Counted from the stretch's first letter, positions 1 to 15,013 are shown. The stretch: DNA of 64,000 nucleotides from Eledone cirrhosa (GCA_964016885.1 OZ024759.1:22196001-22260000), one strand, 5' to 3'. Notes: a model not told the origin generated them from the sequence alone. Made by a program: numbers and translations.

Positions 1-261
1 GATGAGACAGCGAGCCACCTGTTGTTCTGGGAGTTGATCTTCTGGTCTTATTTGTCCTCCCGGTGCGGATTCCAAAAAGAACTCCATGTCTCTTCCACAA
101 ATTTGGAAGTTCAGAATTATTCATAATCAATTATTCTGAAAATAAATAATGGAAATATAGTCAGTTTTTATGAAGACAAGAGTGACAATGGAAGTAAAAA
201 AAATTTGCATAAAATTAGCAGTTGAAAATTGCGAACAAATATCGTCCGCACCCTGAGTATG

Positions 262-304
<43 letters not shown>

Positions 305-942
305 ATACAGTGTACCTCTGGCATTCACAGTCCCAGATATTCATAGAGTTTTCCTTAGAACGTAACTAATAATTGTTCGTGGAAACCACCGCATATTTGC
401 GGAATCGTATAAGATGAAGGGTGATTTTCTGGGACATGTTTGGGAACAAAAAGTGCATCTTATAAGCTGTAAAATATGGTACATACTACTGACTGACACA
501 CATACACATTCACACACACACATGCATATTCACACACACACACACACATTCAAATTCACACACACACATTCAAACAACTGATACATTCACACACACTCAC
601 TGACACACCCACACAGACACACCCATTCTGAAAAGATATATATATACCTATATGTGCTGTGCAGTGACCAAACATACACACACTGACACACACACACACA
701 CACACTGACACACATACACACACACACACATATATATTCTGAAAAGATATTTACATGAGCTGTACAGTGACCAAACCATTGTAGTTTTTTTGGTGTTATG
801 TTGCCTTTAACTTTATTATTATTTTCTGTTAATGCAGTGTTTGTCATGTTTTCTAATGAAATATTTGTTTTGTTTTAGTGTGCCTTGCTTCCTGATTATA
901 TAGGGGAGTGCTATAAATAGATTATTTCTTACTTTACACATT

Positions 943-986
<44 letters not shown>

Positions 987-1685
987 ATGGAGGTGGTAAA
1001 ACCCAGTTAGACCATTACTCACCGGAGTACTCAATACTTGGGGTAGTAGAGTGGGTAATGTGAAAAATTTGGAACCCCGGCGGTTGAGCTCCCAGTCGTT
1101 TCAATAGCTAGATCCAAATTCAGTTTGGATCTAGCTGTTGAAACAGCCAGAGCTCAGCCGTCGGGGTCCCGAATTTTCATATATATATATATATATATTG
1201 TATTAAAGCAATTAACTTTGTGTCTACTCTGGGATTTTTACATAAGCTTACCTATTGAGTACGCTGAGATGCAACTGGTACTAGCAGGGAAACTTATGCT
1301 AGTCCCGTTAACTTGTTATTATATATATATATATATATATAAAGAAGGAAATGGTAGTTTACTTGAAGCATTGCGTAGTGAGGTATAAACGTTTGAAGTT
1401 AGAAGGCTAGAACAAGGCAGGTATGGATATAGAATATAAATACAAATGCAAAAGATATTCCTCACAATTAGTCTTTTACCACAAATTTATTTGAATATCA
1501 AATATATTCAAATAAATTTAAGGTAAAAGACTAATTCTCAGCACTATCTTTTGCATTTCTATTTATATTCCATATCCATACCTGCCTTGTACTGGCCTTC
1601 TAACCAAACGTTTATATAGATACAGATATAGATAGATAGGTAGATAGATATACACATGTATATATAAATCATTATTATCATTCAG

Positions 1686-1870
1686 GGCGGTGAATTGGCA
1701 GTATCGGTAGAGGGTTGGACGCTATGCTTTCTAGCATAGTTACGTTTCTTTACGGTCTGAGTTCAAATCCCGTCGAGGTTAACTTTGCCTTTCATCCTTA
1801 CGGGGTCGATAAAATAAAGTACCAGTAATGTACTGGGTTATTGCTAGCCTTGTGCCAAAATTAGAAACAA
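1686..1870 (+). mobile_element. tRNA-derived SINE, representative of dozens of copies (clusters at about 7155-8210, 11290-11910, 15370-15860, 25508-25830, 37810-38535, 41750-42160, 43325-43920, 46920-47830)
   Basis: A-box-like tggcagtatcggtag, B-box gagttcaaatccc, conserved body aactttgcctttcatccttacggggtcgataaaataaagtaccag, (TTA)n tail. Confidence 0.85.
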
Positions 1871-2661
1871 TTATTATCATTCAACATGTTTATATATACA
1901 CTGCACGTGCATCAAGTGCTCATATTTGTACCACTGAATAGCCTATTCTATATCCAGTTCCTCCTCACTCCTGTTGGGGGAACCGCTGCCTGGTTGACCC
2001 CCACTGCTGTCTGTTTGGTTTTGGTCATGTCTTCAGGGCTTTAGCTGTACTATCATCCATGCTTGACCAATTGCAGGTTGGTGAGGCTATTTAACCCATA
2101 GTTGGAGTGGATGGCCGGTGATTCTGAGGAGTTCATCTTCCCCTGTTAACAGCGCTTGTTTTTAGTGCTGCTGGGGTTCCAATTATCTTCCTCACCGGGC
2201 CAGGTTCTGGTGGTGGAGCCAGTTTAGTTGCCGACCACTGGACTAGGAAGCAGGTTGTACTGGGTTACATGCTACCATTAGCAGGCAGTGTTTAAATATG
2301 TGTGTGAATATATATGTATATAATGTGTATATATATGTGTGTGTGTATATATATATATGTGTGTGTGTGTATATATATATATGTATATATATATGTGTAT
2401 ATATATGTGTATATATATATGTGTGTATATATATATAATGTGTATGTATATGTATATATATGTGTATATATATGGTATATATATGTGTGTATATTTATAT
2501 ATATACATGTATATATATATATGTGTATATGTATATGTGTGTGTATATATGTGTATATATATATATGTATATGTGTGTGTATATATGTGTATATATATAT
2601 ATATATATGTGTATATATGTGTGTATATATATATATGTGTGTATATATATATATATATGTG

Positions 2662-2702
<41 letters not shown>

Positions 2703-2852
2703 CATCATCATCGTTTAACATCTATCTTCCACGCTAGCATGGGTTTAGACGGGAATTGTCCCACGAGGCAAGATTGGTTTGTCTTGCTCGTATAGGACTG
2801 TCTGGCGGGTTTTCTACGGCTGGATGCCCTACCTAATATATATATATCTATG

Positions 2853-2883
<31 letters not shown>

Positions 2884-3234
2884 ATATTTATATATACATC
2901 ACTCTTAGCCACTAGGCCACATGCATTCACCATAAGATTTTAAAGCCAGAGATGTGTGTATTAGGGTTTGCCACTCGCCCTGGATATTTTGAATTAAGCA
3001 AGCCAACATCCAGCTCACGGGATGGAACCTCTGGTCTATACACACATATAAACACACACTATCTATTTCACTAACCACTGATCTACACATACACACACTA
3101 TTTCACTGTCTGTTTTGCCACACCTTTGGGATGGAACCATTGGTCTACTCACACAACACACGCATAACACACACACACACACAACACTCATATAAATACA
3201 CACTATCTATTTCCCTGTCTGTTTATACTTTCAG

Positions 3235-3352
3235 TGGATTGTTGAACGGGATATCTGCTTTCAACTATAGCCTAGCTGTTGGAATCATCATGATATTTAT
3301 CGGAATACTTTTTATTCTCATTTCTATATTTACATTTGCGCTACTTGTCAAG
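3235..3352 (+). CDS. SCAMP: Secretory carrier membrane protein, penultimate coding exon (TM4 region)
   Basis: ttcag| acceptor and |gtacag donor. Reads GLLNGISAFNYSLAVGIIMIFIGILFILISIFTFALLVK, matching the SCAMP last transmembrane segment, and joins in phase 0 to the 15014 exon. Upstream exons lie outside the window. Confidence 0.88.
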
Positions 3353-4584
3353 GTACAGTTTGATTATTTCTGCTGTGTGTTGTCTTGTTTTATTGTAACT
3401 CTAACAACTCTTATCTCTTCTCCTTTAACTTTAACCTCAACCCTCACCTATCCATCCCCCATCACACCCAATCTACCACTCACCACCACCACCACAACTA
3501 TCACCCTCACCCTGAAAGGTTCTCTCTCCCGCCCTCTCTCTCTCTCCACTTAACACTCTCACCCTGTAAGGCTCTCTCTTGCCCTCTTCCCTATCTACTC
3601 TCACCCCGAAAGGCCTTCTCTCTCTCCCTCTCCTAGCCACCACCCTCACCACCATTTTCTGCTCCCCCTAAGCCTCCTTCTGTAATATTCCCCTCCCTTC
3701 GCCCATTTCCTGCTCCCCTAGACCCCCGCCCCTCTGTAATATTTCCATCACCCTCAATGATCCATCAATTGATTCCCCTCCATCCCTCCTCCTTTTAACA
3801 CTATTTCCAACTGACCATCTTTCAGTCCAGTGCATCCCACTTTTTCTTCATTTAATAATAATAATACTAATAATAATTTGAAATGTGGTCATCCCAAAGC
3901 AAATCACTATTAGTAATAGTTGAAAAAAAATTGAGTGAAATACCCCTGGAGACAGGGAAACTGTAGACAGTCCTCTCAGTCCATTTTTTTTTTGTGGGTG
4001 AGGGGTTGTTTCAAGAGGTTTGTCACCTGATTTTCTCATCTATTATATAGTGAAGATGCATGGCTTAGTGGTTAGAACCTTGGGCTTGCTATTGGGAGGT
4101 TGTGAGGTCAATTCTCAGACCAGCTGATGCGTTGTGTTCTTGAGCAAGACACTTTATTTCATGCTGCTCCAGTTCTCTCAGCTGTAGAAACGAGTTGTGA
4201 CGTCACTGGTGTCAAGCTGTATCGGCCATTGCCTTTCCCATGGACAACATACATTGTGTATATATACTTGGTGTATATATAATATATATGAGTATTCATG
4301 TCACTGGTGCCAAGCTGTATTGACCTTTGCCATTCCCTTGGACAATATACATCATGTATATATACTGGACATAGTGTATATATAATATATATGAGTTGTG
4401 ACGTCACTGGTGCCAAGCTGTATTGGCCATTGCCTTTCCTTTAGACAACATGCATCATGTATATATACTATACATAGTGTATATATAATATATATGAGTT
4501 GTGACATCACTGGTGCCAAGCTGTATTGGCCATTGCCTTTCCTTTAGACAACATGCATCATGTACATAGTGTCATTTCATTTCA

Positions 4585-4910
4585 TTTTACGTCCGCTTTT
4601 TCCCTGCTTGCAAGGGTGGGACGGGAACTGATTCTGGCTTGATTTCTACAGCTGGATGCCCTTCCTAACACCAACCTCATTTACAGTGAGTGCTGGGTGC
4701 TTTTTTGCCGTGGCACCTCCACGACCACTATACAGTGGAATGATAGGGACCCCAGTCCCTATCATCTCATTTCTACAGCTGAGTAAACTGGAGCAATGTG
4801 AAATAAAGTGTCTTGCTCAAGGAAACAACACATCACCCGGTCTGAGAATTGAACTCACAACCTTTCGATTGCAAGTGCAATGCTCTAACCACTAAGCCAT
4901 GTGCCTCCAT
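4585..4910 (-). mobile_element. Second SINE family, near-identical copies at about 36015-36340 and 47255-47510 (opposite strand)
   Basis: Same pseudo-ORF text (SAGCFFAVAPPRP...CEIKCLAQGNNTS) in all three. tRNA-like head tggcttagtggttagagc. Confidence 0.8.
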
Positions 4911-5416
4911 ATATGTATATATAATATATATGAGTTGTGACGTCACTGGTGCCAAACTGTATTGGCCATTGCCTTTCTCTTGGGCAACATCGGTGGTGTA
5001 GAGAGGGGAGACTGATATGTATGGGCAACTGTTGGTCTTCCACAAACAACCTTGCCCGGACTCGTGCCTCAGGAGGTGGAGGGGACATTCTAGGTGCAAA
5101 TCCCATGACTGAAGTGGGTCTTTACCCTTTTATGTAGAGTGATCGACTATTATAGTTATTTATGTTGGGATGACCACATTTCAAATTTGAAATTTTACCA
5201 TTGTTTCTTAAGCCAACCGGATGTTCGTCAGTAATAATACTACTGCTACTACTACTAATAATAATAATAATAATTCTCTTTTTCTCCACCACCCCACTGC
5301 TTTGCTAAACAGGTGTCTATGTTGTGACTTTGTGTGACTCCTTAGTGGCTTTAAACGTTATTGTTGTTAACAAAATGGTACAACTTAATTCTGATGAAAC
5401 ATTTCTCACCTGTTAA

Positions 5417-5722
5417 CCACCACCACCACCACTACTAATAATAATACTACTACTATCACCACTACTACTACTATCACCACTACTACCACCACCACCACTA
5501 CTACCACCACCACCACTACTACTACAACTACTATTACTACTACCACCACTACTACTACCACTACTACTATGACTACTACTACTATTACCACCACCACTAC
5601 TACTAATACAACTACTATTACTACCACCACCACCACCACCACCACTACCATGACTACTACCACTACCAACACTGCTACTACTATGACTACTACTACTACC
5701 ACCACCACCACTACAGTCATCA
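5417..5722. repeat. (ACT/ACC)n trinucleotide tract
   Basis: Source of the spurious poly-Val ORF. Confidence 0.95.
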
Positions 5723-5856
5723 CTGTGGCATGATTTTTCTCTGCTTTATTTATGAAAAAAATGTCTTTCCTTAAAACTTATTCCTCCCTCATTTCACTTT
5801 TAATTGATGTGTTTTCTACTAATTACTACTAATACAATATATACATATATATATAT

Positions 5857-5887
<31 letters not shown>

Positions 5888-8856
5888 ATATACACACACA
5901 CACACACCCTTTATTTCTTCATTATTAATCATGACACCGTTTTTTTTGTTTTATCTCACTTTCTTTATTATATTTCTTTATTTCTTTATTACATTTTTTT
6001 TATATCTCAGGTACAAGGGAATGAAAAACTTGCATTGGTTTTTATGTCATCATGACTATTATCATTATTATTATTGCAGAGGGTTGGCAGAATCGGTAGA
6101 GTGTCGTACACCATGCTTTGCAGCATAGAGTTTACGGCTCTTTATGTTCTGAGTTCAAACCCGTAGAGGCTTTGAAAGGCTCCCTTTGTCTTTCATCCAT
6201 TTAATCGACTTTCCCCTCCCCACTACCAAGTTGCTGGCCTTGTGCCTATAGTAGAAATCATTATTTTTTTTTTATTTATATATATATTTGTTTTGGTAAA
6301 TTTGAAAAGAAGAACATAAAAAATATATATATATGTGGTGCTGCCATCAAAGTAAATTGAAACCTCATCACGATGTGGATCTCTCTTTTTAGCGGCTGGT
6401 TCATTTCCCTGTCGGCCTTTGGTAGTCATCCTGCCTTGGGGGTGTTTCTAACCCTTGTCTCCCTAAGTCTCACTGTTTTCACTGCAGCAAACATCTTAAT
6501 GCTTATTAAGGTATGAACTAGTTTCTAACGAGTTCTCTTCTCTTAACTCTCTCCCCAGCCCATAATTCCAGTCCTCCATTCCACGCCAGCATCCTCTGCA
6601 AAGTCAAACCATCACTGGACGCTTAACAGGTGGACACACACATACGAATATACATATCTATATGTACGAGCATACATACGTATGTATATACATGCATACA
6701 TATGTATGAACATATATACTTACGTACATACAACATACGGACATACATATGTACATGCATGCGTCCATACATACACACATACATACATGCACACATACAT
6801 ATGTACGAACATGTATACTTATGTACATACATATTTATGAACTTAAATATGTACGAACATACATACATACATATGTATATACATGCATGCGTATGTACAA
6901 ACATATATACCTATGTATATATCGACTTGCCCACTTTCATACGGACATACATACAAGTATACGTACACACATATGTACATACATTTATACCAACATATGA
7001 ACCAACATATGCACACATACACATAGACATATGTACATACACATACACAAACACTCACACACATACCTACACACACACATTACACATGTACACACACAAG
7101 ATTGTGTTGTTTTTAATGTTTAATATTGTTATGTTGTTGTTGTTGTTGTTATTAGGTTTGGCAGTATCGGTAGAGGGTTGGATGCCATGCTTTGCAGCAT
7201 AGTTACAGCCCTTTATGATTTGAGTTCAAATCCCGCCGAGGTTAACTTTGCCTTTCATCCTTACGAGGTCAATAAAATAAAGTACCAGTCACGCACTGGG
7301 GTTGATTTAATCAACTTTCCCCCTCTCTCAAAATTGCTGGTGTTGTGCCTATATAAGAAACCATTGTTATGGTGGAATCATTGAATATTGGACAAAGTAC
7401 TTTTAGACATTTAGCCATGATCCTTTACACAGTTTTGAATTCAAATCCTGCCAAGGTCAACTTTAACCATGGTTCTGGTTCTTTACAATTTTGGAGTTCA
7501 ACTGTAGCCATGGTTCTGGTTCTTTATAATCTTGAGTTCAAATCCAAATGCAGTCATCTTTAGCCACGATTCTGACAAAAAAAATGGCTTAATAATAATG
7601 AGAATCAGACACGTAAAAGTGGTACTGATTGTGGTTGGTGCACTGGTTAGATGCATGGCTTGAGAAGCTAAGAATTACCATCAGGATGGGATTGTTGCAG
7701 AAAACAGCTTTGCTAGAAACAGCAAGGCTTCTGAGGTGGGTGTTAAGAAAGTTGAAGGAAAAGTAATGATCCAAAAGACCTTTGGCCAATGGCTATTGCT
7801 CGCTCTTTTGATATAGTGTCGCTATAACATTTGCCAGAGCAAAACATTACAATTAACAATAATAATAATTGTTTTTTACTTTTGGCACAAGGCCAGCAAA
7901 TTACCCAGTGTATTACTGGTACTTTATTTTATCAACTCCGTAAGGATGAAAGGCAAAGTTAACCTTGGCGGGATTTGAACTCAGAATGGCAAGGGCCGTA
8001 ACTCCATGCGTCAAAGCATGGCGTCCGACCCTCTACCGATACTGCCAATCCACTGCCCTAACAATAATAATAATGATTTCTAGTGTAGGCACAAAGCCAG
8101 TAATTTGGGGAGAAGGGAAAGTTGATTAAATCAACCCCAGTACATTACTGGTGCTTTATCAACTCCGTAAAGACGAAAGGCAAAGCTAACCTCGGCAGGA
8201 TTTTAACTTAGACCGTAGTAATAATAATAATTATAATAATAAAACCCCAGGACCTACAAATATATATAGCATACAAAAGCTAGCACTATTAGGCACTGCA
8301 CACATACTACAAAAAGTACTATCAATACAATAAAAACAACATCAGCAAAAACTACTGCTCATACCCAAGGCTCACAGAGCTGTGTTCGGTAAAACAGTAA
8401 TGATGCACAATAAAAATAATAGAAATAATGATAGTGATAATTATACCAACAACAACAACAACAATCTTAATAATTCCAAAATTGATAAAAAGAAGACCAT
8501 TCATGTGTAAATTTACATTTCTATTCATTTTACACCAGTAATATCTCAACTGGTTAAAACTTTCTTCATATACACATGGCCTCTTTGGTGTTCTTTTGAT
8601 GGATTGACCTTGCAAACTTCAAACTTCATGAGCCGCAGCCTGTAGCATCTTTATTCACTAGGCTCTAACTGTGAATGATATTCATGTATGAAGACACATT
8701 TTTGTTCAATAATGAACCACTCACCTTACTGATATTCAATATTCTGCTCAGTTAATTGCTTATTATAGTTTATTTTGTCTGTTTAATTTTTGTGCTTTTT
8801 GTCCATACTGGAATTGGAATTTCGGAGTTGTAGATTGCTTGGCAAGTGTTTGAGGT

Positions 8857-9897
8857 CCTGTGTGTTGAAACTAAAGCAATACCGCTGTGGAAGTGTCAGT
8901 GAGTTCCTGTGTGTTGAAACTAAAGCAGTACCACTGTGGAAGTGTCAGTGAGTTCCTGTGTGTTGAAACTAAAGCAGTACCTCTGGAAGTGTCAGTGAGT
9001 TCCTGTGTGTTGAAACTAAAGCAGTACCACTGTGGAAGTGTCAGTGAGTTCCTGTGTGTTGAAACTAAAGCAGTACCACTGTGGAAGTGTCAGTGAGTTC
9101 CTGTGTGTTGAAACTAAAGCAGTACCACTGTGGAAGTGTCAGTGAGTTCCTGTGTGTTGAAACTAAAGCAGTACCGCTGTGGAAGTGTCAGTGAGTTCCT
9201 GTGTGTTGAAACTAAAGCAGTACCACTGTGGAAGTGTCAGTGAGTTCCTGTGTGTTGAAACTAAAGCAGTACCACTGTGGAAGTGTCAGTGAGTTCCTGT
9301 GTGTTGAAACTAAAGCAGTACCACTGTGGAAGTGTCAGTGAGTTCCTGTGTGTTGAAACTAAAGCAGTACCACTGTGGAAGTGTCAGTGAGTTCCTGTGT
9401 GTTGAAACTAAAGCAGTACCACTGTGGAAGTGTCAGTGAGTTCCTGTGTGTTGAAACTAAAGCAGTACCACTGTGGAAGTGTCAGTGAGTTCCTGTGTGT
9501 TGAAACTAAAGCAGTACCACTGTGGAAGTGTCAGTGAGTTCCTGTGTGTTGAAACTAAAGCAGTACCACTGTGGAAGTGTCAGTGAGTTCCTGTGTGTTG
9601 AAACTAAAGCAGTACCACTGTGGAAGTGTCAGTGAGTTCCTGTGTGTTGAAACTAAAGCAGTACCACTGTGGAAGTGTCAGTGAGTTCCTGTGTGTTGAA
9701 ACTAAAGCAGTACCACTGTGGAAGTGTCAGTGAGTTCCTGTGTGTTGAAACTAAAGCAGTACCACTGTGGAAGTGTCAGTGAGTTCCTGTGTGTTGAAAC
9801 TAAAGCAGTACCACTGTGGAAGTGTCGGTGAGTTCCTGTGTGTTGAAACTAAAGCAGTACCACTGTGGAAGTGTCGGTGAGTTCCTGTGTGTTGAAA
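8857..9897. repeat. 49-bp minisatellite, about 21 near-identical copies (SCAMP intron)
   Basis: Unit gagttcctgtgtgttgaaactaaagcagtaccactgtggaagtgtcagt. Confidence 0.97.
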
Positions 9898-10755
9898 CCC
9901 AGGTTCCCTTTAAGCTGCATTGATGTCAAGTCGCTGTATTGGCTATTGGCACCAAAATGTTGCCCTGAGGTATCTTTGAATTTCAAATATTTTTGCTCAA
10001 AGCATCAAATATTCTTCTCAGTGTTGTGGAAATTTAGAGGGAACTTTTTTTTTTACTTAATCTTTTTTTTTTTTGTCCCTTTTATAGTATGTTGTGGTGG
10101 GGTGGGGTGTAGTATGGTATGATGTGTGAGAATATGTGTTGTGTGGTGTGTTGTGCATATGCATGTGTGATATGGTGTAGTGTGTGTATGTATATGTGTG
10201 GCATAGTGTGGTGTGCGCATGCATACATGTGTGTGTGTCTTTTGTTGCTTTTGTCTACAAAAACGAAAGGTTTTTCCCTAAGTTCTCCATAATCTGGCAA
10301 CAATAGTGATATGTAGACAATAAAAAAAACTACTGTGTCATTCTTCTAACACTGATCATTTCTTGAGAAACTCAGCCTTTCATTCTTAACCTTTAGATTG
10401 CTGAATTCTTTTTATGAATTGCTTCCCCCGACATGGCATTACGTATTAAGGGGAGACTACTCTCTTGTCGCAATTTGTCTCCAACAACGTGCTGAAGGTT
10501 AACTTTCTGTAATGATTTAGCAGAAAATATTTCAAAACAGGTTTAAATGTTTGTAGTATCTTTTCTGAAGGTATGTGGCTGTGTGGTTAGGTTATTCAGC
10601 TCATAATCGTAAAGTCATGAGTTGGATTCCCGTTGGTGCGTTGTGTCCTTAAGTAAGACAGCTTATTTCACATTGTCCCACAGTTCACTCAGCTGGCCAA
10701 GAATGAGTTGTACCTGGTAATTCGAATGGCCAGCCTTGTCACACTGAATTTCCAG

Positions 10756-10971
10756 TTAACCCTTTAGCATTTACATTACTCTATATATACTATTGTATTT
10801 TTGTGGTAAAGGCTTTACCTCTCATAATATCTAATCTACGAGATTTTGATATTATTTATTTTGAGAACAGTACCTTAATGTCGGTATGAGTGGCCAATTA
10901 TGCCCAGTTTCAACAGAAAGAGGTGACAGAATTCTGGCTGGATACAGCCAGTTTAAATGTTAAAGGGTTAA
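10756..10971. mobile_element. piggyBac-type MITE (TTAA|CCC...GGG|TTAA); further copies at about 13005-13201, 30137-30365, 31670-31885, 50873-51078
   Basis: ttaaccctttagcatt ... aatgttaaagggttaa termini with a shared internal sequence. Confidence 0.75.
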
Positions 10972-12419
10972 GGGTATGTCTCTGTGGAATACTCAGCCAC
11001 TTGCATATTAATTTCATGAGCAGGCTGTTTGGTTGATTGTATCAACTGGAACATTTGTCATAATCGACGGAGTGCTAGTTATAGTATCTTTTCTAGTGGA
11101 CAAATCATTAAACTTTGCAGTCTTTAAGTAAAGACCTTTAATTTTTCATGTGATGCAGTCATAACAGTGTTTTGTACTTTTCAAGAATGTCTTGCTAATG
11201 TGGTTTCATGGGGTACAGGACTTTAAGAGTTAATAGTTCTTTTTTATTTTATTATATATTTATTTAATGTTATATTTAAATGTGTAAGACACCATGCTTT
11301 GCAGCAAAGAGTTTACGGCCCTTTGCGTTCTGAGTTGAAATCCCGCCGAGGTTAGCTTTGCCTTTCATCCTTACGGGCTCGATGAAATAAAGCACCAGTA
11401 ATGCACTGGGGTCGATTTAATCGACTTTACCCCTCCCCTTCAAATTGCTGGCCTTGTGCCTAAAGTAAAAACAATTATTATTATAGGCGGTGGATTGGCA
11501 GAATCAGTAGAGCGTCAGACAACATGCCTCGCGGCAAGTAGTTAAGGTCCTTTACATTCTGGGTTCAAATGCCACCATGGTTAGCTTTGCCTTTCATCCA
11601 TATAGAGTTGATAATAAAATACCAGTAACACACTGGGGTCTATTTAATCGAAAAACCTTCCCCCACAAAAAAAAAAAAATTGTTGGCCTTGTGCCTAAAT
11701 CAGAAACTATTATTATTAAAAAGGGCGGTGGATTGGCAATATCGGTAGAGGGTCGGACGCCATGCTTTGCAGCACGGTTACGTCCCTTTACGGACTGAGT
11801 TCAAATCCCGCCGAGATTAACTTTGCTTTTCATCCTTACGGGGTCGATAAAATAAAGTACCAGGAATGCACTGGGGTAATTGCTGGCCTTGTGCCAAAAA
11901 GTAGAAACAATTATTATTATTAAAAAGAAATTATTATTATTACTATTTTAATTTAAAAGGAAGAAGAATATTTTTTTAAGTTGTTTATTTGTATACATTT
12001 TTTTCTTTGTCTATTTAATCTTTTCAACTCTTTCTCCTTTCCACCACCAATACTGCCTTCTGCTGCTGTTGTTGTTGCTGCTGCTGCTTGCTTCCCTCCT
12101 TTCCTTACTAAACCTTATTAATTATCACCAACTCGTTTAACCTCCTCCTCTTCTCCCCATTTTGCTCCATTTTTCTCTTGATACTCTCCACCTCTGTACT
12201 CAGAAAACTGCATGTTGTTTCAGTCACTGGATTTAACCCTTTTACCTACCATCACTGGCTTGACGGGTTTGCTGTGCCATTCAAACAGGTTTTAATTTTT
12301 AATACGGACATTGGAATGTTGATACCCCAGCAGGGCCTCGACCAGTTGGCTGCAACTCATAAAACAGTAAATGAATATTGGATTAAATTCCTCTGTATTT
12401 TTTCCAGCTCAGTTCAAAT

Positions 12420-12950
12420 TGCCTTCTAAATCTACTGCACCCTTCTAAAGCCCCTGTTGTTGGCCTTTTAAATCTACTGCACCCTTCTAAAGCCCCTACT
12501 GTTGGCCATCTAAATCTACTGCACCCTTCTAAAGCCCCTGTTGTTGGCCATCTAAATTTACTGGCTCCTTCTAAAGCCCTGCTGTTGGTCTTCTAAATCT
12601 ACTGCACCCTTCTAAAGCCCCTGCTGTTAGTCTTCTAAATCTACTGCACACTTCTAAAGCCCCTGCTGTTGGTCTTCTAAATCTACTGCACCCTTCTAAA
12701 GCCCCTGCTGTTGGTCTTCTAAATCTACTGCACCCTTCTAAAGCCCCTGCTGTTAGTCTTCTAAAGCCCCTGTTGTAGCCCCTGTTGTTGTCCTTCTAAA
12801 TCTACTGGCCCCTGCTGTTGGTCTTCTAAATCTACTGCACCCTTCTAAAGCCCCTTCTGTTAGTCTTCTAAATCTACTGCACCCTTCTAAAGCCCCTGTT
12901 GTTGGCCTTCTAAATCCACTGCACCCTTCTAAAGCCCCTGTTGTTGGATC
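12420..12950. repeat. 42-bp minisatellite, about 12 copies
   Basis: Unit ttctaaatctactgcacccttctaaagcccctgctgttggtc. Confidence 0.95.
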
Positions 12951-13557
12951 TCAACCAGTTTTTGTGGAGTAAATCCCACGGATTTCATAGTTGCCCCCTC
13001 ACATTTAACCCTTTAGCATTTGCATTACTCTATATTTACTATTGTATTTTCGTATTATCTCACATAATATCGAATCTATGAGATTTTCATATTATTTATT
13101 TTGAAAACAATACCTTAACGTCAGTATGAGCAGCTGGTTACAGCCGAAAGAGGGGAGAGAATCCTGGCCGGATACAGCTGGTTTAAATGCTAAAGGGTTA
13201 AACCATTTTAAATTTTTCAAGGAAATTTACCTCTAAAAATTAACACAGCAAATGTCAAGCCAGAGTATATGGTCTGGGTACATGGTACCTGGGTACATTT
13301 CAGTTGAAGGGTTAACAACAGTTATCTTGTCACTGTAGCCATATTTTGATATTTTGTTTTAACATGTATATGAATGTTAAAAGTTTAATTTGCTTTTTAC
13401 TGCATACATATTATGTATATGGTCTCTATTTATATTTCTCATATATATATATATGTGTGTGTGAGTGTGTGTATGTATGTATATATTTATGTGTGTGTAT
13501 ATGTATGTATGTATATATTTGTGCGTGTTTATGTATGTATATATATATGTATATATC

Positions 13558-13593
<36 letters not shown>

Positions 13594-14366
13594 GACACAC
13601 ATATTATGATCCAAACAGATGAAAAATCATTGCGCTACATTAGCTTTCATGGTCTGATAATCATCAATTGCACTTGTGTATGATTGTCAGACCATGAAAC
13701 CTATGGTTGCACAATGAATTTTTGGCTGTATATATCATAATTTATTATCTCTGTTTATTGTACTTTTAGTCCTTGTTGACACACACACATATCTGCTCTC
13801 GAATTACATTTCTCACATATATTTATAATTACCATATATATTCGAATATAAGCCAACTCCCATATTTTATGTCTTAGAAATGGGCAAATATCCAAACCTC
13901 ATTTATAAGCTGGGGCAGCTAATCAACACATTATTTAGATTAGATGGCATAAGCTAATTCCCCACCACTACCATTTTACCATCGATTTTTTGGTCACATA
14001 TTCCTCAACTTATATTTCGAGTATATATGGTATATATTTACATACAGTATATATATATATGTGTTATTTTTCAATTCAAGAAAGTGTTTAACTCTAAGTT
14101 TGAAAGCAAAGGCAATGGAAAGTAGTTCCAGCTAGATATTGTCAACAGAAACTCCATACTGTTTAAATACACAGCAAATCTCCGATTTCTGAATGGTTAA
14201 ATGTCAGCAGAAGGACACCCAGGAGTCATGAGTTTCTTACCATCTATGTATATATATATTATATTATGTCTAATTGGAAACTAGCTCTTATATATGTAGA
14301 TACAGATAACTTTTTGATGATAAAATCTTAACTAAATTATACATAAAAGGGTTGATTACATTGTGC

Positions 14367-14870
14367 ATTTCATTAGAAATGTGGCCAGAAAAGAGTTAAC
14401 AATGTATTTCATTAGAAATGTGTCTATAAAAGGGTTAACAGCATGGTGTATTTCATTAGAAATGTGGCCACGAAAGGGTTAACAACATATTTCATTAGAA
14501 ATGTGGCCATAAAAGGGTTGACAATCTATTTCATTAGAAATATGGTCATTAAAGTGTTAACAATATATTTCATTAGAAATGTGGCCATAAAAGAGGTTAA
14601 CAATGTATTTCATTAGAAATGTGGTCATTAAAGGGGTAACAATGTATTTCATTAGAAATGTGGTCATTAAAGGGGTAACAATGTATTTCATTAGAAATGT
14701 GGTCATTAAAGGGTTAACAATATTTCATTAGAAATGTGGCCATGAAAGGGGTTAACAATGTATTTCATTAGAAATGTGGTCATTAAAGAGTAACAATGTA
14801 TTTCATTAGAAATGTGGTCATTAAAGGGTTAACAAAGTATTTCATCAGAAATGTGGCCACGAAAAAGTTG
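14367..14870. repeat. About 39-bp minisatellite, about 13 copies
   Basis: Unit atttcattagaaatgtggtcattaaagggttaacaatgt. Confidence 0.95.
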
Positions 14871-15013
14871 ATGAATCTGTTTCTAGATATTTTCTACCAA
14901 CTCTTTTCAGGGTGGTAACATGTTTAACTATAACCAATGCCTTTTTTTCTTTTTACTTCTTTGTTTTTCACCTTCTCTCATTCATTCTTTTCTTTTTTTT
15001 TTTTTTCGAAAAG

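Noticed and set aside
1686-1790. tRNA gene-like A/B boxes
   Set aside because: Heads of SINE copies, with no complete cloverleaf.
8857-9897. CRISPR-like regular repeat containing gttgaaac
   Set aside because: Units are head-to-tail identical with no unique spacers and no cas genes, inside a eukaryotic intron.
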